From positions 16,740,001 through 16,804,000 of the forward strand of contig CM075985.1 of assembly GCA_038087875.1 (NCBI GenBank): DNA of 64,000 nt, given 5' to 3'. This stretch comes from Malacoraja senta (Eukaryota). The position numbers were made by a program, and so were the translations under genes. Within the stretch, counting starts at the first letter, position 1. Every line of letters begins with the position of its first letter. Shown here piece by piece: positions 62,700 to 64,000 of the stretch. The notes under the pieces were generated by a model that worked only from the letters and a program-made list of their open reading frames with translations, was not told the DNA's origin and ran no database searches.

Positions 62700-62930
62700 C
62701 TCTGGAGTAACTCAGCAGATCAGGCAGCTTCTCTGAAGAACATGGATTGATGATGTTATGGGTCAGAAACCTTCTTCAGACTGATTGTGGTAGGGGGGGG
62801 GGGGGATAAAGAAAAGTCCCAAAACGTCACCTATCCATGCCCTCCAGAGAAGCTGCCTGACCCACTGAGTTACTCCTGTACTTTGTGCCCCATTGTATAT
62901 TAACTAACATCTGCAATTCTTTGTTTCTAC
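62700..62930. mobile_element. Palindromic PLE mini-element
   Basis: ctggagtaactcag...ccttcttcagactg mirrored by cccaaaacgtcacc...ctgagttactcc. Confidence 0.78.
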
Positions 62931-64000
62931 AAGAAAAATGGGGAATTGAATTGCAGTTGTGGTTATTGGTACTCATGATCTGCCAGCTCTGGCAGCAATT
63001 ATCATTGCAAGCTCCCCTTAAAAAGCACAAATCAAACGCAATGCCTTGCATGACAAAGGTGTACACAAACTGATCACTGCCTGTTCACACCCCACACCTA
63101 AACACCCAGGGCCATGGTGCCTAGATTTCCAGTCAAATATTCTTCAGTCAGACCACGACAACAGAACTCAAGCAAGTAATTGGACTTGGTCACACACTAA
63201 AGGACACTATTGTAAAGTAAGACTGATTCATGAATATTGTATCACTTGCTGGTCAGTGTAGAATATCACAAAAAGTAATCAACAAAACTGCAGCCAAACC
63301 AATAAAGTGCTGCAGAAAAACATTGATTCCTTCGCATCGCGAATCAGTGCCACATAATGAGCTCTTGCACATTTACTTAATGGCGCCATAGATCATTGTT
63401 TCAGAATTATGTAAATAGCAAAGGCCCTCATGAAGGACAAATATCAGCGGCATTTAAATTCAAATGGTGACATTTAAAATGTCACCTCTCTTCCACAGCT
63501 AAATCAGTGTCGTAACACACATCCTGTGATCAGATAAATTAATCAACACTTTTGCCGTGTCGAGAACCACTGAGCCATTCAATAATTCAGAGGCACACCC
63601 TGTGCTTCCTGCTCCGCGCGGACACCTTCAGGATTTCTCATCAGACATCGCCGCTCGGGGTCAGCCCAAGACTGCACTCATCATCTTCTTCAGTAATTGG
63701 ACAATTGGAAGCCTGGATGGTTAAGTATACAGTCATATTCACTAAACGCTAAGCGAGTATGAATCTACTCTGAGAACGCACCTTTAGGGACCGGCAGTGC
63801 AATAATGTGGCGTGGTCTTCCACTGCTGATTAGACCCAACATTGATCAAATTAAACCCAAACGTTGCAGCATTTGTGCTGGTGACAAAATATTGTCCAGT
63901 CTTCAATAGGAAAATAATAGAAGGAGCCTGATCGAACAACACACAGCCTCATTCAATACCCACACTGACAGTGACAAGCAAACTTCTCTTTTAAGCTTTT

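Noticed and set aside
982-62930. Recurrent hairpin-containing repeat as a CRISPR-like array
   Set aside because: Dispersed, both orientations, TSDs, eukaryotic context, no regular spacers or cas genes
63630-63660. CTGATGA on the minus strand as a possible stand-alone hammerhead
   Set aside because: No stem II closed by GAAA and no compatible helices

Overview
Eukaryotic, repeat-dense, non-coding window. The repeat repertoire (HE1-type tRNA SINEs, HER1/CR1 LINE tails, Penelope remnants) points to a cartilaginous fish, probably a skate or ray (inference). No host protein-coding exon could be supported; every recognisable ORF is transposon-derived. Contents: two decayed Tc1 IR/DR transposons; one full-length and several truncated Rex1/Babar-like LINEs; a Gypsy LTR element with intact LTRs, PBS, PPT and TSD but an inverted gag-protease-RT(N) block; Penelope-like element (PLE) GIY-YIG fragments; two PIF/Harbinger MITEs; a bipartite RTE-derived element; an old RTE LINE; about a dozen HE1 SINEs; many CR1 tails. 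The most striking signals are: (i) about 25 dispersed ~95-200 bp PLE-derived mini-elements carrying a hammerhead-ribozyme-like core (CTGAAGA-stem II-GAAACGTC), many with their own 7-14 bp TSDs and several palindromic; (ii) three diverged GC-rich non-coding elements with shared motifs and LINE-type tails; (iii) several clearly readable rearrangement scars. Boundaries without a TSD or TIR are approximate.
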